Below, in pieces: positions 10,497 to 24,666 of a DNA stretch of 64,000 nucleotides. Location of the stretch: contig OZ365113.1 of NCBI GenBank assembly GCA_977030845.1, positions 21,762,001 through 21,826,000 on the forward strand, given 5' to 3'. A program made the translations under genes and the position numbers. The DNA comes from Fimbriosthenelais zetlandica (taxonomy: Eukaryota). The notes beneath the pieces are model-generated. The model was not told where the DNA came from and did not search any database. It worked only from the letters and a program-made list of their open reading frames with translations. The number at the start of each line of letters is the position of its first letter. Position 1 is the stretch's first letter.

Positions 10497-13400
10497 GATG
10501 ATTGATTTGATGAGATGAATTATGTCTTGTTTTTAAAGATCATTAATTCTATTTAAAAAATTAATAATCATCTCTCATAAATCATCTCTCTGAATGAAAT
10601 ATATTAGTGTAAGTGACTCTAAAAATCTGATCTGCCACAGAAAAAAGTGAAGCTCACAGGAAGGAATATAAAAAGCAATCATTTCCTGCTTTGAATTTAA
10701 CAAAAACAAGGCTACTTTGCCATGGGAAATTCAAACAAGCCAATTGGAATAAAAGTAAATTCTGAAGAGGAGGTGGAAGGTAACTCCCCAGTCGATAATA
10801 TTTGATGCAGGTTTAGGTCTCGCTCTGAGACCCTCTTCAAGGTCAAACTAATTGTTTGTAGCAATCGATAAGAGCTTTAAGGCTACATCGATACTGGCTG
10901 ACCTTTGGCCCTAGAGTGAATACCTGCGTAGCTGTCGCCTGGAGGAGCTGCAGCTAAGGGGACATGATTAAAGATAAGCCATATCAGTGAATGTGACCAG
11001 GCTATCTGTCAATGGCCCATGGGAGGCTCGTTAGGAGGCAGAGATTCAAGTCTAACTTGAGCATTGGGGCCATATCGCTCGGCCTTAGTGATAGCTTTAT
11101 CGACTTCCAGTTTAGGAGACGAAGTTCACAGAGGAGTTTCGCCAAAGTATTTATAGTGATAGGCCCCGATACTCTGGCAATGACTGAGAGGTGAAATTGA
11201 AAATACACCAACTTTGGGCATTTATTCTGGGTCTGGAAGCTTTACTACTCGATTAGAGTTAGTGGCAGGACATTAAATATTCGACATGTTTACTATTTTC
11301 ATTATATTTTTCTCATCTTCATCAACTGTGATCAACATACTAAGAAGATAGGAATAAAGTTTGAAGGAATCATAAAGGACATATTATATTTATATTAAAT
11401 ATTAAAAATTTCATTTTGCATCTCCAGAGTAAAATAGATAAATAAAATTTAAAAAAAAATAATTATGTGTCCTTTCCGCTGATGATCATTCACCAGTATC
11501 TGAGATACAGATACTGTAAAACAGCTATATAAGTAAATTTAACCTCAGCCTAAAGTGTATCGTGGAAGCGTTCTACAGAAGCGAAAAGTGTTCACGATCC
11601 TTCCACAGGTTTTTTTTTCATCCAGGGATAAAGGAAATAATCCATACGGAGCATGGAAGGTATTTTTTGAATGCCATCCGGCAAAATCTTCTACATCGAT
11701 CCTTTTGTAGAAAGGGAAAAAGAAAGCTGATTTTAGCTTAGGACAAGAGAGAGAATGTAGGCGAGGGTCGGATCAATGGGGCGAGCATTATCTGTGTGAC
11801 CTTGAAACGACCTTCTCCTGGTTGTTGATGGCTTCTGGAAAAGGCGTGAAGCCAAAGGGGGATCTGCAGCGTGTCGATCAATTATTCTACCAAGGAACAA
11901 CTTGTTCCTAATAGCTTGAAGTAAATGTTTTTTCCTCTCTTGACAATTCATGTCAGCAAGAACGACAGCATATCTGAAATTTTCGTTGCGTTAATTGGTT
12001 GGGGGTACCTATTATAGTACATAAGAGTTGAGTTTCATTTCTTTATGAAAAAATACTTTTACAGATGACATAACTTTAATGAGTTAAGTCAGTCTCACTG
12101 CAGAAGTATTTGTCTTGAGAAGTAATCTTGAATATACTGAAACATAGTATGTCAGGACTGAGGACAAATCTGAGGACACCTGGCATTTGTGAAGGCCTCC
12201 CAGTAAATGAAAATGAAGATTTATCAAAGAATAATCATACTCTGTTCCTCTTACTGAGAAGAATCTAGATCCAAATCTAAATTTTGTTTTTCTTATTCTT
12301 GTTATGCGAAGGACTGAACAAGAATTAATCCCAATGTCTTCACCTCTACACCAAATCATTAGCTGCTTCTAAAAACAAAAAGGCCACAATCATAACAACT
12401 GACTTCTTATTCAACTGCTCTTGGCTACCTTCATTTCCTTTCTTGGTGCATTTTTCATATCCACCCACAGGACGCTATGAACATGTGGTTGAGTGGGGAG
12501 CTCTGGGCCCTAGCCCCCTAGGCTGCTATATAAGCCATTGCCAGTGGTAACGGGTACGCTACTGCAGAACGTCTCATGAATTTTGGACAGGGTGTCTGAC
12601 AGAGCTATGAATGTTCAAGTATGAGCATAGCTTCCCATGTCAGGGTCACTTGGCCTCAGACGTGAGCAGTTCAGAGCAGCTCAGCATCTATAGTCTATGC
12701 ATTAGAAACAGTGTACAAACCAAAAGGTTTGCAGAAAGATTTTAGTTTTGAACATGGTGGCTCAGATAAGACAATTGGGAAATAAGAGAAACAAGATGGG
12801 GCGAGTAAATTGGAAATGAGCTGATACATAATAGTGAAGCATAGCATTTTTCCAATAATACTTTATTGCCTCAAGCGATATTTGCCTGTACTATTGTGCA
12901 ACACGACGCGAATTCAGATATATGCGAAACACGAAACAAGATTAATCAATCGTGATTATTAACAGATTTAGGATGGGCAGCTACTTCTGATTCACCTAAA
13001 ATATTTTCAACGTATAGCTTTTTTGCTTGCGAAAAATGTTAGGAATTCCACAAACGTGTTGGATACCATCAACACCCAAATATAAATCAGGTGGGAATGT
13101 CAATGGTTGAGGGCTTCTGCTTCCTTCCTTTGAAGGTTCCTCAATGTAAATACCTTCCATGTGTGGAATGTGGTATAGGTATAGATAATCAAAAGTCATG
13201 AGAGTCATGTGAAATCTTTCGGCCAATATTGGTGCCTTTGGAATGACTTTATGAGTGATTAACAGTTCCAAACAAGCCAGGTGAAGCAGAAGTATTTGAT
13301 GACCACCCACGCCTTTTCCCCCCATTCCTATACGTTTCGCTCTGGCTTCCACCTCCGCGTATTCTGGCCCAACTCCTACTTGATCCTCTTTAGCTCATTT

Positions 13401-14941
13401 ACACATTAATCTGGCACTCTTACTTCCTTTAACACTGGTTGATTTCATAAAAAATATCTACATTTTTTTCGCTTGGTTGGTAAACTAGGAGCTCCTAAGA
13501 TTTGGGAATAATTACCTGATAATAATTGCTATTCCATGGGATGGGGCGCACCGGTTATTTTACTTCAATCTGTAGATTTGAAGATTATCGGCAGAGAAAG
13601 AGTTTATAAAGTTTATAGACCACAAGGACATCAGTTCTTCAAGTATGAACCAAGGTAACTTAAAACTGCCTTTAAACGTCCTATTAACAGCCGAGACAGC
13701 GCATCTCCCATTAGATAAACATCCACTCGAATTCCACTCCGATCACGACGGGCAACGACACACCCAGAGAAGGAACCTCCACAGTAATTGAATAGCCAGA
13801 GAGACACCAAGGTCTAAATTATACATATAGGTTAAAGGATGAAATTTCAGAGAAAAGTCTAAAGGTTAGATACACAAGAGATCTTAAAGTCGAAGTGGAC
13901 GAAAGACTTCAATTGAAAAATGGCATTCAGTATAGATATGAACAACAATAAAATACGAGGCAAAGCAATCACCCATTCTTGGGATCGTCATTGTCACTAA
14001 TATTTTTAAAAATTGTGGAATTCAACGAAACTACTAGAAAGGGACGAGTCAAAAGGCACAAGAGCTCTATCCCTAAGACATTTGAAGAACCACCTGCTTC
14101 TACCACAAAAGGGGAAAATGCCATCATACATTCCTCAAATACTTCTTTATTTATGAAAGCGCTAGGAAATGGCTACCGTAGGCTCTGAACTAACATACTT
14201 TTCTGTCTGGCTTTGTAAGAGTCCAAATAGTAGCTGTACTCTATCTCCATTATACTCTGTTTGCTAGAATAGATACTCAACTAATTGTCAATTAGGTAAG
14301 TGTGTTAGTGTCCTGTGCTACAACTGGCCCATAAATTATTATTCTCCTCTCTTTATGAGACGTTCACTTTCCATACTGTTTTTCCACACAAGAGCATAGA
14401 TGGGCAATTATGAATAGAACAACCAAACTAATTCCTGCTAACCACCATCGCTTGCCCAAGACGATTTAGATGATATAATGAAAATAATTTGGTAGGAAGA
14501 AACGCATGCTAACACAGCACAGAAGGGAAGTAATATTCACAGAATGAATCATTGCATTCTTCAATCTCGGTCAGGTTCGTTTTCTATCTGGATAAAGCAT
14601 TCATTTACTTGCAGCCCTTGTCGCAGGGCATGAACTCGGGTAAGACAGTGTCCTGGGGAAAGTACTCTGATGTGAGACGAGCCTTCTAATCGTACAGTGG
14701 TAATAAGCAGTCTATGGGACAAGCTCCCTCAACACAGCTTCCATTTGTCACCAATGTCTGCCCCCCTACTAGTCTCCAGGGATATCAACATAACTTTCCA
14801 CTAATTTGTATAATCTGTCCATCCAATTACTAAAGCAGATAACCTTTCCACATACAATGTTCTCCAACCGATGGCTTTTTGCCTCGTAAATGGCCAGTAA
14901 TATGGCCCTTCAACAGGCAAGCAATGAGCCGTTTTCTTCGC

Positions 14942-14986
14942 TGTCCAGATATTGCATCCATGGACAGAAAGCATCGCATAACGGTA
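14942..14986 (-). mobile_element. Short RTE-clade LINE fragment (post-RT region)
   Basis: YRYAMLSVHGCNIWT resembles Y.A.VLS.LLYGCE.WT of RTE elements. Confidence 0.4.
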
Positions 14987-15917
14987 ACTATTTTGAGCAA
15001 CTGAGGATACAAGTAATATTATTAACGTGATAATATTGAAGCTATACCTATACCTATATCGCACTACATGTACATGACTAACAAGTTGGAAGTCCTAGGA
15101 CTCCCGACTGCATAGGCATTACTGCACTAAAACAGGCTAATCAATTCGCAAAAGTTAGTTTTTTTGTTTGTCAGAGATATTTTTACACCTCCCTTGACAG
15201 TCAGTAACGCAATATTTCCTGACCATGAATATATCCAATAAGCAATTGGTTCAAAATGCTATCTGTCTTTCAGATCCTTCTATCGTGAATCATGAAAGTA
15301 ATAAAATCCTTTTTCTTTTTCCTATTAGAGTTATCATGATACATGTCTCCGTTCACATGAAAGGATGATTAGATATCAATGGGCTCATATATAAGTTGGA
15401 GCAATATACGTGTGTAGCATGTCCAACTATACTTTAAAGTCGCTTTGTCTTTCATTTGGATATGAGTCAGGTTTCTATCAAGAAAACCTTCAGTCAATCA
15501 GAACGCCTCCTGGACAGCGACCTATAGAGGTGATATTCACATTAACTTGTTAATAGTGTATGTCCAGGAGAAAGTGCCTGTCACCCAACACGGTGCGCTA
15601 TTCAATTATTCACCTAAAAATTGGTGCATTAATTAATTACCTTTGGCCCGGTATCAGAATCATTTTGCTGAGCAAGATATTTTTTCTGCCTTGCCATGTG
15701 AGTTCCATGTCAGGATATGAGACAATTAGGTTAGTGGTGGTAGCAGCCCGCTATTGGGACTAATGTAATCAAGGCAGGCTTTTGAAGCTGCTAATGTTAT
15801 AAGGTAAACTGTTTAATGTGGATAATGCAGGTCAGGATGATGAGAAGCCACACCCAGAGTTGGGTACTGGGTATAAAGGTCACCACATAGACAATACCAT
15901 ACCAAGACTTCTTCCTT

Positions 15918-15947
15918 AAAACCTTTATCCCAGAGAACAATTTCCCC
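15918..15947 (-). mobile_element. Short ISL2EU/Harbinger DDE transposase-like fragment
   Basis: GEIVLWDKGF resembles GD.VLADKGF around a catalytic Asp. Confidence 0.4.
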
Positions 15948-16816
15948 AATGATCACCCTCGAGTTCCTGGTAGAAAATATAATTCTTGGCAAATCTGAAT
16001 TTAGACGAGGCAAATTTTTGCGGTCTTTTTAACGGTTATACACAAGTGTTGGAATTTCTGGATGTAAATTGACGGTGATTGTGCTTTCTTGATCCACTGG
16101 TTAATGCCAGGATTGCAGTGGTAAGCACTGATGAATGGCGCCTATTCACATCATTGCTGGTGGGGGCTTCCCCCGACCAGGCCTTTTAGACAGCAAGTTC
16201 CCATGGCACTGCTAATGACAGGTCCAGAGCCTCTAGGCTTCCTAAATCAGATAGCCAAGGCTTGGCGACCACATCACAACAAAGGCTTCACCTCCCTTAA
16301 GCAATGTAGGCTAGTTTGATGAGGTTATATCCGTCAACATGGGGTTATGTTCCCCAATTAAGGCACCGTGTCAACTGTAAGGGCCTTCATGTCAGGCCAG
16401 CAAGGACGAAAACAGATACGATAAATGAGGGACGTAGACGCATGAAAATGTCTGAAATATTTTAAAATTCTTTACTTTCCTCTGGAAAAATGGCAAGAAT
16501 TTTATATACTTAAGTTTGGCAGCATCAAACTATGAGGAACAGACTAAGTTGTTTTGTGGCTCAGCCAACTCAACTGAGGACGTGGAGTGACAAACGGAGC
16601 ACTTTCGTTAATGTTGTAAGAAGTTTATCAAGGGAAGGGGAAAGGCAGGGTGTTGTTTTTCTTACATCATTACATGAAAGATTGATGTAAGAAAGACAAA
16701 ACCTGAGGGACCTTTAAAGGTTACAACAGGTTGGGTGTAATACCAATGACCTGCTTCTTCACCTCAAGAGAAACACTAATTTCACCGGCATTCTCTGTGT
16801 CCTCTTGGTCAAAGGG

Positions 16817-16864
16817 CAGTCTACACCAATTTAGCGTTTCATGCACAATGCAACTCACATTTCT
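16817..16864 (-). mobile_element. Short mariner transposase HTH-like fragment
   Basis: RNVSCIVHETLNWCRL resembles SV..IVHE.L..RK of mariner transposases. Confidence 0.3.
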
Positions 16865-19800
16865 TGTCTCGAATTTGGAGACAGAAGTAGTACTTAGAAT
16901 TTGTATCTCAGAAGAAGACATGTGGTGAGATTCTTATCAGCAAATGTACTGTTTGGATTGATTAAGGCGGTTGGTTTCTCTGATAGCATGAATATGGGGC
17001 GAACCAGTCATGTTGCAGTGATAGAAGTGATTAGAAATTAAGATACACGGGAATCCTTATTTTGAATTTTCTTTTACAGTAAAGTCCCTGGAGATGTCAG
17101 CGTCACAAAGTATGGCTCGGAGCATAGTGACTGGAATATGAACTTTCCCTGACTGTGACGAATTTCCGCAGCCTCGCATTAACAATATTCCTTTCATCTA
17201 GAAGATGAATGCACAAAGGACGGTGAATTATGATCTCCCAGATGCTGAGGAATAAAGGGGGTCGTCCGGATGGCAACACATAAATATACGACTCGAAAAT
17301 CTATTTGCTGACCGACATTCCCTTGTTTCCTTTACATGAATAGGGAGACAAGATATCAAAGTAATTTCCCTAGAGTCTTTACATAGAAGGACCTTGTAAT
17401 TGAACGGTAGTTAAATGAACTTCATGCTTATATAAGCAAGGGTACGGATATCGATGCAATACTGGTATCAGTCAAACAAAAGACATACGGTACGACAAAG
17501 ATCTGTCACCAATAGTATTTACAACATGTATAGAATAGAAACGGCAACAGTATTTATTTTTACCTGGATTTAGTATACAGGATCAATCCAAAGCCGAACC
17601 AAGCTCACAATATCTAGTAAATCACAGGAGTCAAATGCAGCGATAATATTATTGCGTGTTTCATGACGAATGGAAAAAAAGCTCGCTGGGGATATAAAGA
17701 ATATCAGCCACGCCCTAGACCAGTAAGATTGGCTAAAAGGCTGAGGAGTTACTCTATAGGTTATCAGATGACAAATGCATTACCATCTGCGCTATTTGTT
17801 AGAGTGTTTTTCTTAAACAATTTATGGTGAAAAAGGACACTGACAAAATGACCACTATTTCTTTAAGAAGCACCCTTTAAGGAGCTGAAAATGCATTGTG
17901 AACAGAAGGTGCCACACGCCACTGTTTACTAGTAGATTAATTAGAAGATATGAATCAGCCATTAGTGGCATGTTCTGGGGCTGTTCTGAAGATGACAGTC
18001 TCTTGGGAATTTCCTCCTCAAAGCCTGGCTTCAAAATCAAGATAAAGAGGCCGAACAGAGATAGGTGCATAACGGTCAAGAAATACATGACATTAATTAT
18101 AATTGATTACAATGTCCTGAGAGGAGAAAGAAAAAGACCTGGAAGAGGCACAGAGGCTTCCTTCTGGATGAGGAAGAAAAGGTCCTTATTGGTGAACCAG
18201 ATGAAAGCCATCAAGAAAAGCTACATGGACAAGAGCCAGCAAATTCAGAAAGTGAGCGAGCTCTCTGGCATTGAATGTATGCTGGCCTATTGTGCAAGAC
18301 GTGCTAAATAAAACACTGAACATTACAAAAACCTCCCCGTAATAAAGTAAAAGTCCAACAATCATACTTTGAAAAAATCGGGGAGTAATTTCTACACTGG
18401 CCTCAGCACACTGGCCTCCCTGACATCAATCCTGTTCCACCTTTAAGCCAGAGGGCGTCTTCTTCTCTGCGGAGTCGGGAGAGGTCGAAAGGTTCGGTTT
18501 TCTACAGATAGTATGGGAATTGTATATATGCCCCTCAGCTAAGCCATGACAAATGAGCCCGAAACAAAAAAGGTCCATGTTAAGGGAACAGGCTAATTAC
18601 AGGAGTGAATTGCCTGATGGTGACTGAGACTGTACGCTGCATGTTTGTGGACATGTTGGTTGTCAGTAAACAACTGTAAGCTATGGGCGAATCTTTGCCA
18701 GGCGTGTTCCTTCACCATCCATACCCATCTCAGCCGTCCCATTGCAGCGGGCCCTGTAACATCCAACCATTAGCCGGGCTGACTTTGGATGGCCATTAGC
18801 ATAGCAGCATTAATCTGGCTGGACAGGTGACTTGAGGCTTGCCTTGGCTGCTGGCACTCTATTCCAGCGAGGGCATAAGTCACAATAAGCCTTGCCAACA
18901 TATCTAACTGCGACAACCTAGCAGAACCTTCTCTCTTCTATATCAATACTGGTTGGAGACAGCATATATAACAATGTCTCCATGTATCCATCACCCTGCC
19001 TGCCTAATGATAATACATGTAAGAGGTGAACGTTCGGAAATGTTATCCCGAGTGGTTCTGAAGGAAACGATTGTAGCATTCATCGGATGGAAACGGGATC
19101 ATCATTGATTATTAAAGAGAAACAGGTAGTTTGCAGATCACAGACATGATTTCATTAGCAGCTATAGCAGCCATTAACTTGCTGTCTAGGAGAAACCTTT
19201 TCAGTCATTCCTGATATCTATGAGATATAAAATCTCAGTAGAGATCTGAGAGTTATCAGTGAATAAGTACGCACTACCAAAAACTAGACAAGAACTCATT
19301 CTAATTACTCCCTTTCCAGAAAATAAGAACTATTTCCGCCAATCAGAAAACATAAAAATACTGCGAGCTCTATAAATGTCAATATGCTCCAGTCTAAATC
19401 CTTGCACGATGAGAATACAAATCTGTGATAATCAGCTCAGAGTCTATATCCTGGATAAAACAAATCCACTTACCACTTACCTGCTTCTGAGGCCGCCTCA
19501 AATAACAACAAATCCACCTGTTTTACCTTTTAGATTTTACATCATCCACTGCAACAACTTCCCTGCATGCCTAGCGGTGATAATTATACTGATATTCATT
19601 AGAAAATAGAGCAGAGCTAAGACGTCATGCAGGACAAGTTTGAGAAAGTGGGAAGTCTCATTACGTCATATTCTGCATTTCAGCATTGCAAAGTTGTTAC
19701 TTTCTGACATAGTCAGAAATTTAACAAGTTGATGCCAAGAGAGTCCATCCTCATCTGTTAAGGGAAGTCTGTATTCACCTACAAGTATTGGCAGGTGTCC

Positions 19801-22659
19801 TGATCTATTTCTGCCCCTTCGGTGTCAAATTAAGCCCCTGATGAAGAGCCCAGGAGGAAAGGTCCCTGATGTAATTATAAATCAAACATATCCTTCCTGA
19901 ACTCACTCAGGGCTGCCATGCTGATCTACTGACTCAATCCTCCAGGTGCAAACTCTAGGGAATCTGATAGAGCTGCGCAATCACTTGTTTGACAACACTT
20001 TACCTACCAGCCGGCCAGCAGAAAAAAAAACCCTTCTGCCAGCATAAGGTCAAGATGCACCAAAAACATTCCTCATCAACAGTACTCAAATTTCTCCAAG
20101 AGGTATCATCTTAAAACTTTTTCATCTCCGGACAAGATGTAATTACCAAAAGCCAATTAAGAAACGTTAAGCCAATTGGTGACGATTCAAGAGTTTAAGG
20201 GTCATTCAAAGCTGCTGTGAGTATCGGTTTAGTGGAAGCTAACCTTATGGTGAGAGCTGTCAGTGGCTGTTGATGCTGAGCCTGACTGGCTAAGGGATGG
20301 CAGGGCTTGTTGGATGAGGGGAGGCCATCTGGGATTTAGCACACATGTGATGATCTCCGCGAGCGTGGTTCCCTCTAGATCACTGACCACTGGCTATCTG
20401 ACCAGTTAAGGCGTGTAGAGGATGTCACCTTTCACCACGGCAGCGATTACTCACACCTGCCTCCGTCACGGCATGATCCGTGAGATCAGGGCAAGACACG
20501 GGTTGTAACAGCTGTGAAGACGGTCCAGTGTGGACAGTATGCTGCAACAGGGTCGGCGGATAGAGATGGAAACTGAGGAGGACTTCCAGAGGGAGAATAA
20601 CAAAAGAGTCGTAAAAATGGTGAGATGAAAAAAATGGCAAAGAAATCTGAGAAGAAGAGTCGTTTGCATTTGAAGATTGTTGTAAAAAAAAATATGGGAT
20701 TTTTTCCGCTCACATTTTTAAGCTGGAGTAGTACTGAAAGGAATCCGACGAAATCTTTCTGAGGGTCCTCGGGGAACGTTACCCAAAAGATGGCTCAGAT
20801 TCCATGGAAGAAAAGTAAAGATGGCTCTCTCCTATGCGATACACAATCCGTTACTGAAGGAAGGTAACGACAAACCTTCCATTTCTCATTAATCGGTTCT
20901 AAAGACAGGGCTTCAATATTAACCCATACCCCCTCCTCAGCCTGTCCAGCAGCTTCATTCATAAAGACGCTATATTTCCCAGTGGTAAGTCTATGGCCTA
21001 ATGCAGCACACATTTTTAGTGAGACTGGTCCCAAATGTTTTATCCAGGGAATTTCCAATGTAACTCTATAAACTCAGAATTGTGTCAGCTGCTTCAGTGA
21101 GGTTTTGTCGAATACAAAAGGGTAGGTGGGGGAAAGGTTGTATAAAAATGTAGATATGTTAGAGAAGGTTCTCACAAAATAATCATCTGACTTTACTCGC
21201 CCGCGGCCTCAGTGATTCTCTAAGGTAACACTCATGAAGCTACCCAGGAACATATTGGACATAGATCTGACACTGAAATAGAGTACAAAGTTTAGAGACT
21301 ATATAAAGCAGCTATTATGTGAGAACATCGGTCTCATAAGTTTTCAGGCTGTAGAAAGGTCATATAAATGTCCTTCCATCGTTACAGGTTCTTTCTTTAA
21401 CAGGGACTGAAATTTTAAAAATCTCATTCCAACAAAGTCTGCGGAAATATCTCAACAAGAGAGAATAGATAGGAATAAGATTAGACAGAAGACTAGAAAA
21501 TTCCTGTCAAAAAGTGGTCCTTCGAGCAATGCTGGAAGAGGCATCAACTTTTAACATACAAAGTTGAAATGATTGTAGCAGAGGAAAAGTAAATGATTTA
21601 GCTGTGACGGGAAAAAGGTTCTAGCTCTGGGCCATGGATAGTGCTAATGTATTGAAAGAATAAAACAGTCCTCCCTGACTAAGCTCAAAAAAGTCAAAGG
21701 GAAAGATAAAACACAGCGGGTAAAACAATATGCCTAAATAGGCGATGTTCCCTCCGGATAAAGTGCATTAAATTAATTATGGCAATACACCTGATACAAC
21801 TGCATGTATTGCGTTGCAAGACAAAACAAATCAGAAAGTTCTTTGATACCTTATAGAAGGTGGATTCGTGCTATCATTTTGCGCTAAAAGGCGCGGACTG
21901 AAACAAAAACGTTTCCCGCAGTGTAAAATAACAAATGATTAATTAAAGAATTGATGCCTTTGTCATGAAGGAAAATATGCTCGGAAAACCATGAATGACT
22001 CTGTTCAATGCCAAAAATGGAGCAAAACAAATAAAATTCGGACAAAAGTAAAAGCCAAGAAATAGACATTAGTAACGTATATGAGCCCAGAAGAAATCCA
22101 GTGAAACCCATACCGTATAGCTAAGAGTCGAAGACCATCTTTGACATGCGTGTACATTCAAGACCTGATTAGTCTTATTCCAATGATAAGTGGACTGTAA
22201 ATTATAAATGACTCATGGGGTCAAAGTAGAGTTGTATTTTCATCAGGCTTTTAAAAAGTGCCAAAGCTGTCGCTTGGATTTGAGTCATGATGATAATGCC
22301 TCGTGAATACCATTACATTTCACCATCCGAATTATCACTCATAAAATTCACATTGTGTCGGGAATCCAATTGCTGATCATCCCTCTGCCTGGGCTTCTTT
22401 CATTTGTCTGAGGCCTTTTTTGAGTGAAATATGAAGATCTCTTATTGATTTAAGAAGGACAGTGATAGAACCTACAGTACTGCGCCTTGAAGGCTCAGTC
22501 CCATTACCAGGATCACCTAGGAGTGTCCTCTCTCCTTGGATTCAATCGGAATACAATGACAACTGATTAAATCCAAATGAAAAATTGGACGTCTGGTAAT
22601 TAGGTCCCACAGTTATAATTAGTTTCTCTCAAGATTAGAGGCATGTTAAGCTCCACGTA

Positions 22660-22972
22660 CACTGCAAAAAGGGCGTCTACAGAACGTCGGAATTTAAACG
22701 CAAAAAAAAACGTTTATGTCTACTGAGTGTCCAAAATATAGACGATAACGTTTTTTGAACGTTTTTTGAGACGCTTTAAGACGCTATTTTATGGGTATAG
22801 ACGTTTTGGGTACGTTTTGAGTACGCCAAAAAACACTAAATAACGCCAAAAAACGATTCAGAGACGATTTTCGAAACAAATGCGTCTTCAAATTGTCAAC
22901 TGTCTCATGGTACAGGATCGTCTCCTAATTGTTCAGTGTCTTAAGTTTAATAAGAAATTGTGTCAACTGTCA
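22660..22972. repeat. Left TIR and subterminal repeat array of the EnSpm element
   Basis: Many AGACG/AACG(TTTT) units. ACGTTTTTTGAGACGCT (22759-22775) is the exact reverse complement of 26741-26757, and GTCAACTGTC (near 22895 and 22961) is mirrored by GACAGTTGAC near 26503. Confidence 0.8.
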
Positions 22973-23151
22973 CCGGAATGTCAATGTTCCTCCCGAATTA
23001 TATGGGTTACAGATTCCCAATAGAGGGGGTATGAAGGGACATGCTATAGTCTAGTGCGCTGCCACCTGTTATGTGCTGCACAATACTGATGATGCATGGG
23101 TGAAAGTTTGGTGTACATTCACAACGAGGGTTCGATAATTAAATGCGATTC

Positions 23152-23362
23152 CAGGGGCAGATGCAGTATTTTCAAAAGGGGGTTGCGCGGGGGTTACCTC
23201 ACCGGAAATTGGAAAAGGCAATTGTACAAGTCATTACAAGCAAAATTAAATTATTTTTTTAAAATCTAAATATAGGGACAGTATTTAGCAAAACATTTTT
23301 TTAGGGTTGGGGCTCCTTCCCCTATGATGGTCACTAGGGACGTGCCACCCTTTAGATACCAT
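23152..23362 (+). mobile_element. Degenerate MITE nested in the EnSpm element (CAGGGGCGGATCCAG-type)
   Basis: It starts CAGGGGCAGATGCAGTATTTTCAAAAGGGGGTTGCGC and ends GGGACGTGCCACCCTTTAGATACCAT. These resemble the decayed ends of the widespread invertebrate CAGGGGCGGATCCAGG...CCCTGGATCCGCCCCTG MITE family. No TSD recognised. Confidence 0.45.
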
Positions 23363-24666
23363 TTAACCCTTATAAAATGTGTAGTCATCTTACATACAGT
23401 CTCTTCTACAATAACCACAATAATGTGTTAAATGACATCCTTTTTGGTCTGTGATCGCCAAAACCGTTGGGAAACCGAGCCACGGCCAACAATAAAATTT
23501 AAGCAGAGATAAGTGAAGATAGACTTTAAAGGAGACCAGAGGTGCATCATATGCACGCTCCTGTTTATTAATTAGCCCAACTGACCGCTCTGACCCAAAT
23601 TTCTCCAGTATAAAAATCGCTCAGTCGTCCGGTAGCTTTCCCTGGAGCCCCTATGCTGTTTGCGTTACGTAAGCAAGCTCGCTCTTGCCTCCCACACAAC
23701 AAAGCGCCTCTCCTGTAACCAGAGGTGCGTGCATACGTCGGCTAGGATGGTAAAAGACACAGATGATGTCCTAAATAACTAAGATGAGGCAGGCCCTAGC
23801 CCTTAGTCCTACTTTGATTTTGAAAAGGGGGATATGCGCACATCGAGCTGTATCGCCAGCTCATGAAAATGTGTATTACACTAAAGAACTTCCATATATG
23901 TAAAATAAGTAATTATGCTTCAATTTTCATGAAACAATAATTCATTATATTAATCGCTTTAATCTCTTCTTTACAAATATAGTCTTACCTTGATTGTAAA
24001 AAAAATTGTAAGCCTCACATATCTTCTAAAATTCCCATTTTTACTAAATTACTTTCATACATATAAAACACATTTATAAATAAGCGTATCATTCTATTTT
24101 GTTACACATGTGAAGAGATTGATAGCTGCTATCTTCCATCCCCACCACTAGGGGAGCTGTATTGGAACTCACAATAGGGGGTCAATACACAACCCTCCAA
24201 GGTCCAACACCCTGATTGGTCTTATCCTTGTCACTAGGGGTATTTTGGTAGAGGTTTAAACTGGTGACAAATCAGACTGTTTTTAACTGCCGTCAAACAG
24301 ATAAGACGTCCGGGAACATTTGATAATTGCTCTCTACTGAAGACATCAGACCCTATAGGCCTAGTTTCAGGTAAGTTCAATCATTATAATCTAACAGTTT
24401 TAGCAAACATGAAATATATTTGGATATTACCCTGCAACTTGTTTTAATTATATTACTTATTTTGTTTGAGGAAAAAAAATGGCTGATGGTATAGCATCAT
24501 GCCATGTGCTTTCACCCCACCAACACTAATCAATTCATTAGGGAAACATATTTATCATGATTCGTCTGGTGTATATTTGGAAATGTTATTGTTAATGGAA
24601 GCAAGGATGATTCACTGTCCAAATTTGTATCAGTATTTCTGTGTTTTGGCCAAGGGATGCGTTATT

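Noticed and set aside
12755-12790. tRNA-derived SINE (GGTGGCTCAG A-box-like)
   Set aside because: There is no B box, no tail and no second copy.
13723-13755. Gypsy integrase motif PLEFHSDHDGQ
   Set aside because: The match to P..IHSD.G..F is too weak and short to list as a feature.
1081-14000. Endogenised giant virus or Polinton
   Set aside because: There are no long ORFs, no capsid, polB or ATPase motif recognised, and no terminal repeats.
17960-17990. Tc1 MVWGC motif in ORF 17898-18311 (GMFWGCS)
   Set aside because: It is a five-residue resemblance with no supporting neighbours.
23363-23540. piggyBac (TTAA-CCCT) or Kolobok (TTAA-AGG) element starts
   Set aside because: No matching opposite terminus with TTAA was found within the host element.
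24142-24160. CTCF site (CCACTAGGGGAGCT)
   Set aside because: It is an imperfect match, and similar words are common in DNA-transposon interiors.
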